From Octopus sinensis (taxonomy: Eukaryota), in NCBI RefSeq assembly GCF_006345805.1, contig NC_043008.1, forward strand, positions 35,092,001 to 35,156,000: a stretch of DNA of 64,000 nt, read 5' to 3'. Positions 40,040 to 53,445 of this stretch are shown here, piece after piece; the stretch's first letter is position 1, and the number at the start of each line of letters is the position of its first letter. The position numbers and the translations under genes are program-made. Under the pieces are notes generated by a model. It worked only from the letters and a program-made list of their open reading frames with translations. It did not search any database and was not told the DNA's origin.

Positions 40040-41485
40040 CTCAATAGGGTGGAAATGTTCGATGGCTGCTCATGGAAAAACTCCAGAAAATTACGGGTGG
40101 CCTGACTTCTGGGGCAGGGGCCTTTTCTCAATTCTTTATCTCCGATTTACAGGCGTATGCTCAGGGCAGGACCGCTCACTCTCCCCACGTTTACCACTCT
40201 CGTCCACCTTTCAACAAAATGGTTGGAATGTAACACTTCTCTCTCACTTTCACTTTCCTCTTCAAGTGAAAATTGAAGTTAATGATGGATTGATCAAAGA
40301 GATAAGAGTTCGTCTCTTGCTCCTTTAATCGTGTCCATCATGCAACCTCCTTTTTCATGGCCACTAGGCATGTAAAAGCTGCCTGTCCTTCCTGGTTAAA
40401 CGAAGGCGGTGGGGGTGATTTTCACGATGGATTCAATTGATTGCCGGATCCGTCCTACACGGGAAGGCAAGTGTTTGACTTAAACCCACGGGTCAGCAAA
40501 GATCGGGCACTGGATGAATACGTGCATGACGGTTTTGTTGTCCCGCCCTGCGTGCATCTTGGCTGACGGCACTTCTGTACCTGTAGAATTTAGCTCGAAC
40601 AGGCAAAGATCCCCGGTAGCACTGACAAGCCAGGGATTTTTGGAAGTTATCCATCGGCTCCTGGGCCGAAAGTTCTTCGGAAGAGAGTGGCTTGTTGATC
40701 ATCTTCAACGACCAGGGTGTCCTCAAGAATGTCATCACTTTTTACCAGTCACTAATCCTCTATAGAAATCCAACTTGGATTCTCCATCTATCTATCGCAG
40801 TGCCCAACTAGCTGGAGGCTGTGAGCTCTTGAAGACATTCCACTTCCCAAGTGCCTCTCTCTCTCTCTCTCTACTTCACGCAAGGTTGCGGCTCCGCCAA
40901 GTAGACGAGCTGGAGGAAATACGCGTCTGAAGGACTGCATCCATACTTGTACCCCGTCAAGGAAGCGCTGGAGATGTAGTCTCAGCGCATCTTTGTGTAT
41001 CATCAAACATAGCATGCCCGGCTCACCATACAACGGGTGTTGACAACAAGTAGCGAAAGAATATGCGCTCCAGTGAAGCCAGAAGGGGACTGGAAAAAGG
41101 TACGACGGTCAGGCAGTAGTAGATGACAGACATGATTTACACGTTAGTCAGCTTTGCCCGCACTTTCAAAGATACCTCTCGGCACATATTCTGGGTGAGG
41201 GAGGCCACCTTGCTCGTTATCTCATCTCAGTTTTTGTCCATCTAGAGGACTGAACCGAACCAGACCTCAAGCAATTTAACCTGTCCGCCCATCCAGCGCC
41301 CATCAACGCAATTCGATAGCATGGTCTTGTTTCTGCAGGTGCCGACCCGCAAGCCCACTGACTTTTCCTGGTTAGTTTTCGCTCCTTGTACTGCTTCGTA
41401 CTGCGTGGGAGTGGTGCCGATTATCTCAATGTGTTTACTTTTCGGCATCACTGCAGTGACATTGTGGATATAAGCCGACACGATA
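40040..41485 (-). mobile_element. L1/Tx1-like LINE 3' half (RT C-terminus, zinc-knuckle region, 3' end), degraded
   Basis: SAYIHNVT (YADD-derived)...YEAVQGAKTNQEKSVGLRVG...WMGGQVKLLEVWFG; CYRGSLPVR; ETVMHVFIQCP-type knuckle near 40505-40545; FHLKRKVKV. Confidence 0.75.
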
Positions 41486-41615
41486 TTAATAATGATGGTA
41501 ATAATAATAACAATAATAATGATAGCAATAATAATAATAATAATAACAACTAATAATAACAATAATAATGATAGTAATAATAATAATAACAACAACAATA
41601 ATAATAATAATAATG

Positions 41616-41713
<98 letters not shown>

Positions 41714-41744
41714 GATAATAATAATAATAATAATAGTAACAGTA

Positions 41745-41784
<40 letters not shown>

Positions 41785-41830
41785 TGATGATGACGACGAT
41801 GGCAATGATGATGATGATGGTGATGATATC
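41486..41830. repeat. (TAA)n/(TGA)n microsatellite
   Basis: Seen directly. Confidence 0.95.
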
Positions 41831-42494
41831 TAAAACAAGAAATCGTGACTAAACCGAAAAAATCTGTCGGTTTGAAAAATGACAATGATTCTTTGATCCC
41901 AACATTTTGAGTCAAACGATTTCCTTTAGAACTTGATTAAAAATATAATAGAAAACATTGCACTACCAACAGTATGAAGAAGTAGAAGAAGTTGGGGATG
42001 AGTATGGGCAGGGAAAGAACAACTACAGACAACATTAGTCAAAATATCAGAACAATTCATTATGCAAGTTAAGCAGTGTTTTGAACCAAACAGACTTTTA
42101 AATCAGCTCAATTATGTTTGTAGCTCAATTATGAACTGTAGAAAGGCCATTTGTACTGCGGTTAACCATGGAGAAAATCCTCGTTTAGGCAAAAGTTGTT
42201 AAAGCACCATCAGTTGTCTCGGAGCGCCCTCTTACTTGGTAGTACATTTAAACATACACACTCACACACACACGCGCACACACACACAAACATACGCACA
42301 CTCACACAAACGCATACGAGGGAGTATATATACAGTTGGATCAGTTAATGATGATGTTATTAAACATATCAGATTCACGCACTTTTTACAGCGATCCTTC
42401 AGCTTTTCTAAGCTCTGCAAAAGAACTGGGAAGGTTGGGCTTCCAGCCAAGCCTTTCACGACATCCTTAAAGCAAGGAACGCTTTAGAATCTAA

Positions 42495-42765
42495 CGTGTA
42501 TCTCCTCTTACACTCTCCTGCCTTAGAAAGAAGTTTTTCTTCGCCCATTCCCTTCCGGTCATTTCAAAATGTAAGCACATGTCAATCGTTGGCGATTTTC
42601 TTTCTCCGTCTTCCCTTCTTTTGGACTTCCCTCTATTTCTGATGAAGAGCTTTGCTCGAAACGTTAAATCCTCTTTCTTTCCTTTCCTGAGCGTCTGATA
42701 ATACATTACTTGTACCGCATCCTCGCGTTGTTGTTTTTCATGTGTTCTTCTTTGTTTGGATTCAC
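42495..42765 (+). mobile_element. HHR-bearing pLTR-like cassette (family of 2997-3203)
   Basis: Homologous to the reverse complement of 2997-3203; followed by (CA)n. Confidence 0.7.
42633..42701 (+). ncRNA. Type I hammerhead ribozyme motif
   Basis: tattt-CTGATGA (42639-42645)-a-GAGC ttt GCTC-GAA-ACGTT...AGCGT-C (42695)|tgata. Confidence 0.7.
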
Positions 42766-42822
42766 CACACACACACGCACACACACGCACACACACACAC
42801 ACACACACACGCACACACACGA

Positions 42823-42855
<33 letters not shown>

Positions 42856-42981
42856 CACACACACACATTATAGGTAGTAGTTAATAAATCGTATCGTATA
42901 CACCTGGCAGTTTGCAGGTAAAGCACGTTCATTTGCTTAGTGTTTGTTGGGTTGTTAATGAGAGAAGCAGAAGATGGAAGA

Positions 42982-43316
42982 TACGGGAATTTTTATTGAT
43001 CACTATAGTCATTTTGCCCCCTCGCGGGTGGGATACTGTCTTGGTGTAGATGTGATGTATCCCTCTGTGTAGATGTGTCTCTTCAGGCGATGTTCAAGAC
43101 GTATCTTGTTAAAATAAACTCTGTTTAGCACAACTTATTACCAAGAAGAAAACATACAGTAATAAGTTATGCGAAACAGTTTATTTTAATAAGATGCCTG
43201 ACGAGACATGTCTACACTGAGGGATACACCAAAGCCAGTTGCACAGTATCTCACCTGCGAGGGAGCAATGCTATATGGGTTGAAACAACTGTAGTGATCA
43301 ATAAAAATTCTCGTAC
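42982..43316. repeat. ~335 bp imperfect foldback carrying an HHR motif
   Basis: tacg.gaatttttattgatcacta / tagtgatcaataaaaattctcgta outer arms; inner acttattac / gtaataagt arms; followed by (TA)n. Confidence 0.85.
43193..43299 (+). ncRNA. HHR motif with ~77 nt stem II insertion
   Basis: gatgc-CTGACGA (43198-43204)-gac...gtt-GAAAC aact GTA (43291-43293)|gtgatc; internal tgag.gatac/gtatctca hairpin. The mirror arm has CTGAAGA at the equivalent position. Confidence 0.55.
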
Positions 43317-43328
43317 CTTCTGCCTAAT

Positions 43329-43406
<78 letters not shown>

Positions 43407-43559
43407 ATATATTATATATATATAAAGAGGGAGAGAGAAAGAAAGAAAGAGGAGGGAAGAAAAAGAAAGAAAAAAGAGAGCAAGAGAGAAAGAGAGAGAG
43501 AGAGAGAGTCAATCTTTAGTTACCAAATTTTTTCGACTCTGACAGGTTTTCCACTTTTA

Positions 43560-44110
43560 ATTGCGACTTTTCTGACACCCTCCATGCGCGGTCAAAAGAC
43601 TCAGGTTTTGCATATGCTTGTCTTTTATGGCTTTGTGCGCTAACAAGACAACTGGTATAGTGGTGGTGGTGACGTCTTTGGCAGTGTGTGAGCTGGATTT
43701 TGAATTGTTGAGGTATTGGCGGCAAAGATGTTATTTCTGTTTTCATTGTCGGCTGAAGAAGTTGTGAAGATGGCGGTGGGGGTATTGCTGTTTAACAGGT
43801 TATTGTCCTCTTTTGCTTCGCATGTTGTTTCTTTATTATCGCTTCCATCTTTTGCTTGGGCATTAATGGCGGCAGCGGTGGTGGTGCTTTGGATTCCACA
43901 GACCAATAAATTGGAGAAAGAGACTCTAAGAATACCCTTCCATATACCACATCTCTCCCGTTATTCTGTCCGAATTTCCAATGCCATGTTTTTTGTCTTT
44001 TAATAAGCAAGTTCCAAAAAGAAACGCATTTTCTCAGGATCTTTGGCAGTTTAGGAACAACAGAGAACAATATTTTAAGCCTAGACTTTAAAAACACATT
44101 TAATACCAAC
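43560..44110 (-). mobile_element. Possible LINE ORF1-like remnant
   Basis: Broken coding-like frames (KTWHWKFG..., T/A/N-rich linker) upstream of and on the same strand as the Tx1-like remnant at 40-41.5 kb; no diagnostic motif. Confidence 0.25.
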
Positions 44111-44249
44111 AGAACTTACGAATGGATTCGAAGGAGATTCTTGTCTCTACAAAAACAACAACAACAACACTAATACTACTACTACAAATAGTTGAAGCAG
44201 CCGCAGTAGTAGTAGTAGTAGCAGCAGCAGCAGCAGCAGTAGCAGTAGC

Positions 44250-44307
<58 letters not shown>

Positions 44308-44914
44308 AAATCAATATAGAGAAAAAGGAAGTTCACCACCTCCCTATGAAAAAGATGGTGTAAAACTTACCTTTGGTTGGAAACAGCTGGAGCGTACGTA
44401 AATAGTGCGCTATTACGAAAAGAAAAAAATTAACAGCAAACAAGATGAAGCATGGACACCAAAATCTGATGAGCTGGCGAAAATCAGATGAGTTGATGAG
44501 TTATTATTAACAAGAAAAGATTTATTGACGGGGAAAAATAATGCTTCATCAGAAGTATTGGAAAGAAAGACAACAAAAAATGGACCGTTTCAGCAGCAAA
44601 AAGAACACAGTCTGATTAATGGCATCAATTAGCTGATCGGAAAACGATTTACGTCATTATTACAAAAGTCATTTTATTTGATTTTGTGCTGAGAGTAAAC
44701 AAAAATCAAACATTTGGCGTGAAGAATCGAAAGAAATTGCGTATGGAGCTGTCATTGGTAAACATAAGCTGCTTAACTATAAGAATAAGTCTTTTTTAGT
44801 TACGGAGGCAACATAAGCTGTACACAAGGGTGTAAAGATTCTAACAGTTCCAAAATGGTCATTTAGAATAGCAAAACTTCAGAATAATAAAAGCAAATAA
44901 TAATAATAATAATA

Positions 44915-44954
<40 letters not shown>

Positions 44955-46527
44955 TAACCTTGACCAGCAGAATGTCATAAAAGAACTAGACCCAGCGGAG
45001 AGCTACAAGTACCTAGGGGTAATTGAAGGGAACGGAATAAGGCATTCAGAGATGAAGGAAAGGATCAGGAGAGAATGCTATCGAAGAGTGAGAGCAATAC
45101 TCAAGACAGAGCTGAATGCAAGAAACAGGATCGAAGCGATCAATGCATTAGCCATACCAGTCGTGACTTACAATATTGTTAACTGGTCAATTACTGAAAT
45201 ATGTCAGCTCGACAGAAAAATAAGGAAACTGTTGACAATGCATAGAATGCACCACCCTAAGGCAGATACAGAACGACTCTATCTGCCAAGAAAAGAGGGA
45301 GGCCGTGGTCTTTTGCAACTGGCAATAACAATGAAGATTGCTACAATTGGCCTAGACAGTTACCTGAAAAACTCTGAGGACTGGATGTTAAAACTTGTCT
45401 CAAAACATGAAAACAAGAAAGCATCATACTCAGTCACAAAACAGGCAAAGGAATATCTAAGTGAATTCCGAATACAACCAATTTCGGAATTAGAGATAGA
45501 CATACAAGAAACAAGCACAGAAAAAGCTAGGCGCATGAAAACCCGTGCCAAAACTGCAGCCTTAGATATTCTGAATAATAAATGGCAAGAAAAACCTCTC
45601 TATGGCAAATACCCAAAGAGAGCGAATAATGCAGATATTGACAAAGCCCTGACCCATCAATGGCTAATGGCCTCTGGCTTAAAATCTGAAACAGAGGGGT
45701 TTATCATAGCAGCTCAAGATCAATGCCTACCAACAAGAAACTACCAGGCCAACATATTAAAGAACGGCAGTAGCCCAGCATGTCGTGTATGCCGACAACA
45801 AAATGAAACCATTGATCATGTTGTCTCCAAATGCAGTCTTCTAGTGCCTACAGAGTACCGCAACAGGCATGATAGAGCTGCACAATATATTCACTGGGTA
45901 ATCTGCAAAAACCTGGATTTGCCCCATGAAAAAAACTGGTGGGAACACAATCCACCTCCAGTGCTTGAAAATAACCTCATCTCACTCCTCTGGAACTTCA
46001 CCATTCAAACTGACAGGAAGATAGATGCAAATAGGCCAGGCATCATATTGAGAGACTTCAGACAAAGAACATGCCTCCTCATTGATATGACTGTCCCAAT
46101 CGATATAAACGTATCTATCAAGACCTACCAAAAACTGAGCAAATATAAAGATCTTAAAATAGAAATCAGCAAAATGTGGAAGCTGAAGACTAAAACATAG
46201 GTGCCCTGGGAATGATAGCGAAAGGGACTGATTGCTACCTAACTCAGATACCAGGAAACCCCAAAATGGCAGAAATTGAAAAGATAGTGCTCATGGGAAC
46301 TGCTCATATCCTACGCAAAATACTCTCTATGTAATCCCAAGGTTTAAAACAAACTTTTTTTTTTTTAAATTTTATTTTTATGTATTAGACATTCACTAGT
46401 ACAACACCAAAAAAAAAAAAAAAAAAACAAATATATGGCACAGAACTTCCAACCTGTTGTCTCTTGAGGTCTCTGGGTGAGACTTGGAGCCAACTTGTAC
46501 AGACATAAAGCAAAAGTCAAACATAGA
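44955..46527 (+). mobile_element. R4/Dong-clade LINE, 5'-truncated, embedded in (TAA)n
   Basis: YKYLG, HPKADTERLYLPRKEGGRGL, CRVC..ETIDHVVSKC (CCHC), RHD, NRPGII, LLIDMTVP, KYKDL; frameshift at ~46198; (TAA)n on both sides. Confidence 0.95.
45052..46200 (+). pseudogene. RT thumb, CCHC and restriction-like endonuclease ORF remnant (382 aa)
   Basis: ORF track; the frame is open upstream to ~44956, the catalytic PD reads PG and the C-terminus is frameshifted. Confidence 0.9.
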
Positions 46528-46551
46528 ATAATAATAATAATAATAATAATG

Positions 46552-46626
<75 letters not shown>

Positions 46627-46694
46627 TAATAAAAATAATAATAATAATAATGATAATAACAATAATAATAATAATAATGATAAAAATATTAATA

Positions 46695-46759
<65 letters not shown>

Positions 46760-46761
46760 TA

Positions 46762-47035
46762 TATGAGAATGATCCCTGGCTTACCATCCCTGCAAGAAGT
46801 GCAAAAGATTGTCTTAACTGGTACATCACACGTATTGAGAAGAGCATTGTCGATGTGAGAACTGTTGCTGCTCATGTATTTTAATTTAACTTTAAAAAAA
46901 AAATTTTTTTAAATGAACGAACTACTGAGTTTGGTTTAATGGCCTACCAATATACACTATGAGTTTCTTTGCCCTAGGAGTCGGGAAGACACTCGGCAAG
47001 AAATGGAAGAAAATTTGAAAGAAGAAAAAAAAAGT
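46762..47035 (+). mobile_element. R4/Dong LINE extreme 3' fragment between (TAA)n arrays
   Basis: MIPGLPSLQEVQKIVLTGTSHVLRRALSM* plus a 3' UTR matching 39590-39825. Confidence 0.85.
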
Positions 47036-47036
47036 A

Positions 47037-47098
<62 letters not shown>

Positions 47099-47162
47099 AA
47101 TAATAATAGTAATAATAATAATAATAGTAATAATAATAATAATAATAATGATGATGATGATG

Positions 47163-47195
<33 letters not shown>

Positions 47196-47263
47196 GTAAT
47201 AATAATAGTATAGAATTAATAATAATAATGATAATAATAATAATAATAATAACATAATAAATA

Positions 47264-47310
<47 letters not shown>

Positions 47311-47348
47311 TAATAATAGTAATAGTAATAATAGTAATAATAATAATG

Positions 47349-47399
<51 letters not shown>

Positions 47400-49972
47400 G
47401 TTCTACCAAGAACTGAGCAAAAATAAAATAGAAGTCACTGCAGCACCAACGGCAGAAGAATTGGAAGAATTCTGGGGAGAAATATGGTCGGCGAACGAAC
47501 CACCAAAAAAAAGGAGTATCAAAATAACAAACTCGGCATCTGAACAACTTTGGACCCCCATAACAACTGAAGAGGTCACCCAGGCACTGCAAAAACTAAG
47601 CAACTGGAAGGCACCTGGGCATGACAAGATCCCCAACTTCTGGTTGAAATATCTAACAGGAATGCACAAAAAGCTGGCTGAAAACTTTAACAACGTACTA
47701 GCAGAGCCAGAGACAATGCCTGAATGGCTCACGAAGGGGAAAACCATCTTAATTCCCAAATCAAATGAAACAGAAAAACCAGAAAACTACAGACAATGAC
47801 CTGCCTCCCTACTATGTTCAAGGCATTTACTGCAGTGATATCACAAAGGCTGAACAAGCACCTGGACGAAAACACACTGTTCCCAGAAGAACAGAAAGGA
47901 TGCCGCAAAGGCTCATATGGCTGTAAAGATCAACTAATGATTAATAAAGCCATAACTGAAGACAGCCACAGAAAGAAGAAAGGCCTCAGTATGGCCTGGA
48001 TTGACTACAAAAAGGCGTTTGATAGCATCCCCCACACATGGATCCTCGAAACACTAGCCATTAACAAAGTAGCACCAACAATCATAAAATTCATAGAGCA
48101 CTCTATGAATAAATGGCAAACAGTCCTACACCTCCAAACAAAAGAGGGACTCATGAAAACCAAAGACATCCCCATTAGAAGAGGAATATTCCAGGGAGAC
48201 ACGCTCTCTCCACTCCTTTTCTGCTTGGCACTGTCACCTCTATCTGATATGCTAAATAGAACTGGATGCGGATATAAATGTTACGGCAAAACGATCAGCC
48301 ACCTTTTATATATGGATGACCTAAAACTATACGCTGCAAATGAAAAACAGCTGGAAACACTATTAAAGACAGTTCATGGATTTACCAAAGAAATAGATAT
48401 GAAATTTGGATTAGAAAATTGCGCCAAAGTAACCATGAAAAGAGGAAAACTAGTTAAGAGTAACAACATCACACTAGATAAAACCAATGAAATAAAAGAA
48501 TTAGACCAAAGCCAAACTTACAAATACTTAGGAATCCATGAACTAGATAAGACACAACACACACAAATGAAAGAGAAAATAAAAAAAGAATATTATAGAC
48601 GAGTTAGATCAATACTAAACACAGAGCTCAATGCCAAAAACAAGATAGTAGGTATCAACACTTTAGCTGTCCCAGTTATAAGTTACAGCTACAATATCCT
48701 TAACTGGACACGAAATGAACTGACCAAAATAGATAGAAAACAAGAAAAATAATGACAGGATCTAGGATGCATCACCCAAAATCTGACATAGAAAGACTAT
48801 ATATACAACGTATAGAGGTGGTAGAGGCCTTATACAGCTGGAAAACTACTATAAAATAACCACCATAGGACTGCAAAAATATCTACTTCAGAAGGAAGGA
48901 AAACTGATCCAGATAGCGGCAAAACACGAGCAAAACAAAAAACTGTTCTCAGTATTTAAGGAAGCTGACAAATACAAACAAGAAATCATACCACCTAATA
49001 AACATGAAGAAGAAGAAGAAGATGAAGAAACAACAAAAGCTATAAAACAAATGAAATCCAAACTAAAAATAGAACAGCAACGAACCATGATAAAACGATG
49101 GCAAGAAAAGCCCCTTCATGGTAAATACTGGACTAAACTAAACGCAAAAGAAATAGACAAAGAAAAATCCCAGCAATGGTTGAGAAGCTCAGGACTCAAA
49201 GCAGAAACAGAGGGATTTTTAATTGCAGCACAAGACCAAAGCCTCTCCACCAGAAATTACCAAAAACATGTAATGAAAAGAAATATTACAAGTAACTGCA
49301 GAATATGTGGAGATGGACAAGAAACAATAAATCATATTATCTCAAGCTGCCCAGTCCTGGCTAAGAAGGAATATATTCACAGACATGACAGAGTTGGAAC
49401 CTACATACATTAGAAGCTATGCCAACATTATGGAATAACAACAGAAAAAGATTGTATAGGCACACACCAGAAAAGGTCACAGAAAACGAGAGAAAGAACC
49501 ACCATACTCTGGGATATGCCGATACACACAGATAGAGAATTAAGGCCAACAGACCAGATATAGGTGTCAGAGACAATGAAGAAAAAAAATGCTTTCTAAT
49601 TGATGTATCAATACCGGCTGATGACAACGTGTCTCTAAAAGAAATGAGAGAAAACTCAAAATACAAAGACCTGGAAATAGAGGTAACTAGAATGTGGAAT
49701 CTGAAAACAGAAACAATTCCTATCATAGTAGGTGCATTAGGCATGATAAAAAAATATTCAGACAAATACATAACAAAAACACCAGGACTTACAAACACAT
49801 ATAACATACAGAAAATTGCACTACTAGGCACTGCACACATCCTACGCAGAACACTTTCCATACAATAACCATCAGAGCATCACAACAAATCACAGCACAT
49901 ACCCAAGGCACACAGAGCTGCGCTCGGTAGTGAAGTGAAAGCACGCTATAAAAATAAAAATAAAACTACTGA

Positions 49973-49975
<3 letters not shown>
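47400..49975 (+). mobile_element. R4/Dong-clade LINE, 5'-truncated, RT plus RLE, frameshifted
   Basis: NWKAPGHD, WIDYKKAFDS, GIFQGDTLSP, LYMDDLKLY, YKYLG, CRIC..ETINHIISSC, RHD, NRPDI, KYKDL, LGTAHILRRTL; (TAA)n flanks. Confidence 0.95.
47796..48752 (+). pseudogene. Reverse transcriptase domain remnant (318 aa)
   Basis: Non-LTR RT motifs with YMDD. Confidence 0.92.
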
Positions 49976-50041
<66 letters not shown>

Positions 50042-50046
50042 TAATA

Positions 50047-50605
50047 AATGCCCTGATGCAGTACCAGGCAGTGGCTCTCATGGCTTGCGATCTTAACTGA
50101 TTGGAAGTGTTATCATGTACATTGTTTTGTCTTGGTATAAAAGATGGGTTACAGCAAATATTCTGCTCAATACCACAGATTTGCTTGTCAGTTGTTTGAC
50201 CTTAACCAGTTGAGCATGCCTCTTAGTGGATGACAATATGTGCATCTCTGATCCTGAGCAGAAGTAGTGAGGGAGCATCATAGCCATGTGTTGAGAGGGA
50301 TTCTTTGGGGTTTGAATAATTCACTTCTGGAAACTTGGGTGTTTCGTTCAACATCCTTAAACAACCCTTATCCAGGGACCTTTTGAGCGGGATGGGTTAC
50401 TCGACCAGGGGAAAATTCTAACTGGGCCCCACCTGCAAGGTCATGTGCTGCTTATCTTGATACGAGATCACCATGTCGCACACATATGGTTGTGATTTAT
50501 GTGCCTGGTATACCCTTATCAGACGGGTAGTCATGATGGGTATACTGGGCATCGTATATTTTACTCCAGTGTCACTTTGATGGCATGCATTGCTCTCTCA
50601 CTCAA
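50047..50605. mobile_element. ~560 bp non-coding cassette between (TAA)n arrays (probable 3' UTR or non-autonomous TAA-associated retroelement)
   Basis: Complex sequence with sharp (TAA)n boundaries on both sides and no coding motif recognised. Confidence 0.45.
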
Positions 50606-50627
50606 TAATAATAGTAATAATAATTAT

Positions 50628-50685
<58 letters not shown>

Positions 50686-51128
50686 GCTTCAAATTTTGGT
50701 ACAAGGCCAGTAGATTTTTAGGGGCGGGGTAAGTAGAACACATCGACCTCAGCACTTGTCTGGTACTTATTTTACCAGCCCGTGCTGGGTCACCGTCTTG
50801 AAGGATTTTAGTCGAGTGAGTCCACCCCTCCACCCATTTCATATTTTTAAAGGTTTGGTACTTATTCTATCAGTCTCTTTTGCAGAACAGCTAAATATGC
50901 CGACGTGAACAAACTAACACTGCTTGTCAGGTGGTGGTGGTTGGACAGATATAAATAAATACACATACAGATATATGCTTATGCATACAAACGTATATGA
51001 CAAGATTCTTTCAGTTATCCAAATCCACTCACAAGGCTTCGCTCGCTCCAGGAACCATAGCAGAAGACACTTGCCAAAATATGATTTTATCCCATTTTAC
51101 TGGTTGTATTAGTTAATAAGATAACGTC

Positions 51129-52176
51129 TTAGGTTGGAAATAAAGTTATGTCGCATTTTCGACACGATGACCTTGAGGCCACTTTTTCGATACTTACGGC
51201 AAAATAAGCATTACTCTTTACATTCCAATGTTCTTTTTTCTTTCTTTACAAATTTCTTTCTTTGTAGATTGAACCATAATAGTTAAATTTGTATCGATTT
51301 TACACTTTTAAAATGCGTTTACATCAGACCAATACCAGGCATTGCATTTTGTATGAATTCAAAACGTTTTCTTCAGCAATTGAAGCAACAAGAAATATTC
51401 GTTCTGTCCATTGAAACGAGGCTTTGACTATAGTTTGGCGTCTTCCGTTGGGGAATGTTACTTTTTCACAGATTTCCCATAATCTAAACAACAAAGTTCT
51501 TTGAATATTGAAATACCGATGACCGTAGCTGATAAAAATCCAAAGCAAACTATACGAGAATTAGCAAACATGTTCAATTCAAGTCACACTTTGATCATAA
51601 AGAATTTCATGAACCAGAAAAAGTATCTAAACTTGGTCAGTGGGTCCCTCTTCATCTGTCTGCACCTCAGCTTCATCAAAGGTTTGCCCCCTGCTCATCA
51701 GGCTCTCTATAATCATATTCAATGACAACAACAATGATTTGCAGTCAATGAAAAGGGGGAATCCATCGCGAGTCTATAGAAAAGGGTTGTTACTCTTAAA
51801 CAACAATGCAAGACAACGTATTGCCCGAGTCACTCAGGAAAAGATTATGTCACTAAATATGGATGCTCTGCATCGTCCTCTTTGCTCTCCTGACCTTGTT
51901 CCATCTGACTATCATCTCTTCAGATCATTGCAACATCATTTAGAGGGAAAACAGTTTATTGATTTTGAAAGGTTTATAAATGATATTGAGAGTTTCTTTG
52001 CTTCGAAAGCTGAAGTATTTTACAACCGAGTGATCGACAATTTGCCAAATAGATGGGACTAGGTAATTAATAATAAAGGAAAAATTGATCCTGATTAGAT
52101 GTATCAATTAAGACTGAAAAAGTATTTGTTTTTTTTCCTCATCTTGAAGAGCGACAGAACTTTATTTCCGACCTAA
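51129..52176 (+). mobile_element. Mariner DNA transposon, internally deleted and inactive
   Basis: 26-bp TIRs ttaggt(t/c)ggaaataaagtt(a/c)tgtcgc (24/26 match), TA on the right; RHCILYEF N-terminus; LLLNNNAR and CSPDLVPSDYHLFRSLQ (from HDNARPH and YSPDLAPSDY). Confidence 0.92.
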
Positions 52177-53239
52177 TATTACAACATGAACACGAAATTA
52201 GCTAAAAATTGGCATCAGCAAGCAGAAATATTCTGAGGGAAGAGCAGATAATATAGTTGTTTCTAGTTAGGTCATAATTCAAAATTACAAATTCAGTAAT
52301 TTTTGAATTGTGAGGTTTAGTTGATTCTATCAGGCTAGTATTTCACTAGTTCTGTATTTTATCGACCTCGAAAGGACAAAGTTGACCCCGACGTGATATG
52401 AATTTAGGACGTAAACATGCTATATAAATATAAAACACTCTTTGGCCTAGACGAAAAAAAAAACAAAATAAGAAGATATAAAAGGAAAAGCTAGTGCAAG
52501 AACAGGAACAAAGTAACCCGTCAAATTACCCTTAAATCCTACTGCAATGTCGTATGAAAAAAGGGCACACTGGACAAAGTTCTTGATAAACTATTTTTGC
52601 TCCAAAAATGACAGGGTGGTCACAAATAGAATTTCCTTTTTGTTCTTTTAGTTAATAAGAAATAGCAGCTCCCACGACTATTTACAGGACCTCCAACACT
52701 GAAGGGAGATAGGGTGAAAGAATCCCTTAATTTGAGGACCTGGTTCGAATACTTGCAACAGAATGGACATCGCTAAAGACACTGAAGAAGATGCCAAATG
52801 GTTTTAAACTGGGTGACTGATTAAGTCTACCAGCCAAGTAGGTTACAGTGGAACTGGAACACAAAGAGCCGGAAGAAATATCGCAAGGCTTGCAGTCAGA
52901 TGTTCTTGCATTTTCGCCTATCAACCGTCTTAGACTGGTAGATATTTTTTTAATCGATTCTGAAAGGGTGAAAGGTAAAGTTGATCTCCGCGAGATTTGA
53001 TGATAGGAATATATACCGAGAAGCATTTTTTCTAACACTCTAACCACACCTCTACATCAACGCCTATGCAATGGGCATTGAACTGGATTTGAACAACAAA
53101 AACAAGAACAGGAATAGCAGCAACAACAACAGCACTTGCAGCAGCAACAACAGCAGTTGCAGCAACAAGAACGGCAGCATCAGCATCAGCAACAACAACA
53201 ACAACAATAACCGCGGCAGCGACAAAAATAATAGTTATT

Positions 53240-53445
53240 TCAAATTTTCGCAAAAAGCCAGCATATGCGAAGAGGATGGGTAACCGATTACGTCGACCAC
53301 AGAACTCAACTGGGACTTTATTTTATCGTCCCTGAAAGGATGAAAAGCAAAGTTGCCCTCAGCGGGATTTGAACTCAGAGTGTAAGGAGCCGGAAGAAAT
53401 GCCACTCAGCATTTTGTCCGACGCTGTAACAATTCTTCCAGCCTG
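53240..53445 (-). mobile_element. SINE family B copy following (CAA/CAG)n
   Basis: gaaaggatgaaaagcaaagt...gatttgaactcag. Confidence 0.75.

Noticed and set aside
44460-44500. CTGATGA-gctggc-GAAA, a perfect-looking HHR core
   Set aside because: Stem II would be 2 bp with a 2-nt loop and there is no convincing stem III, NUH or stem I; probably chance.
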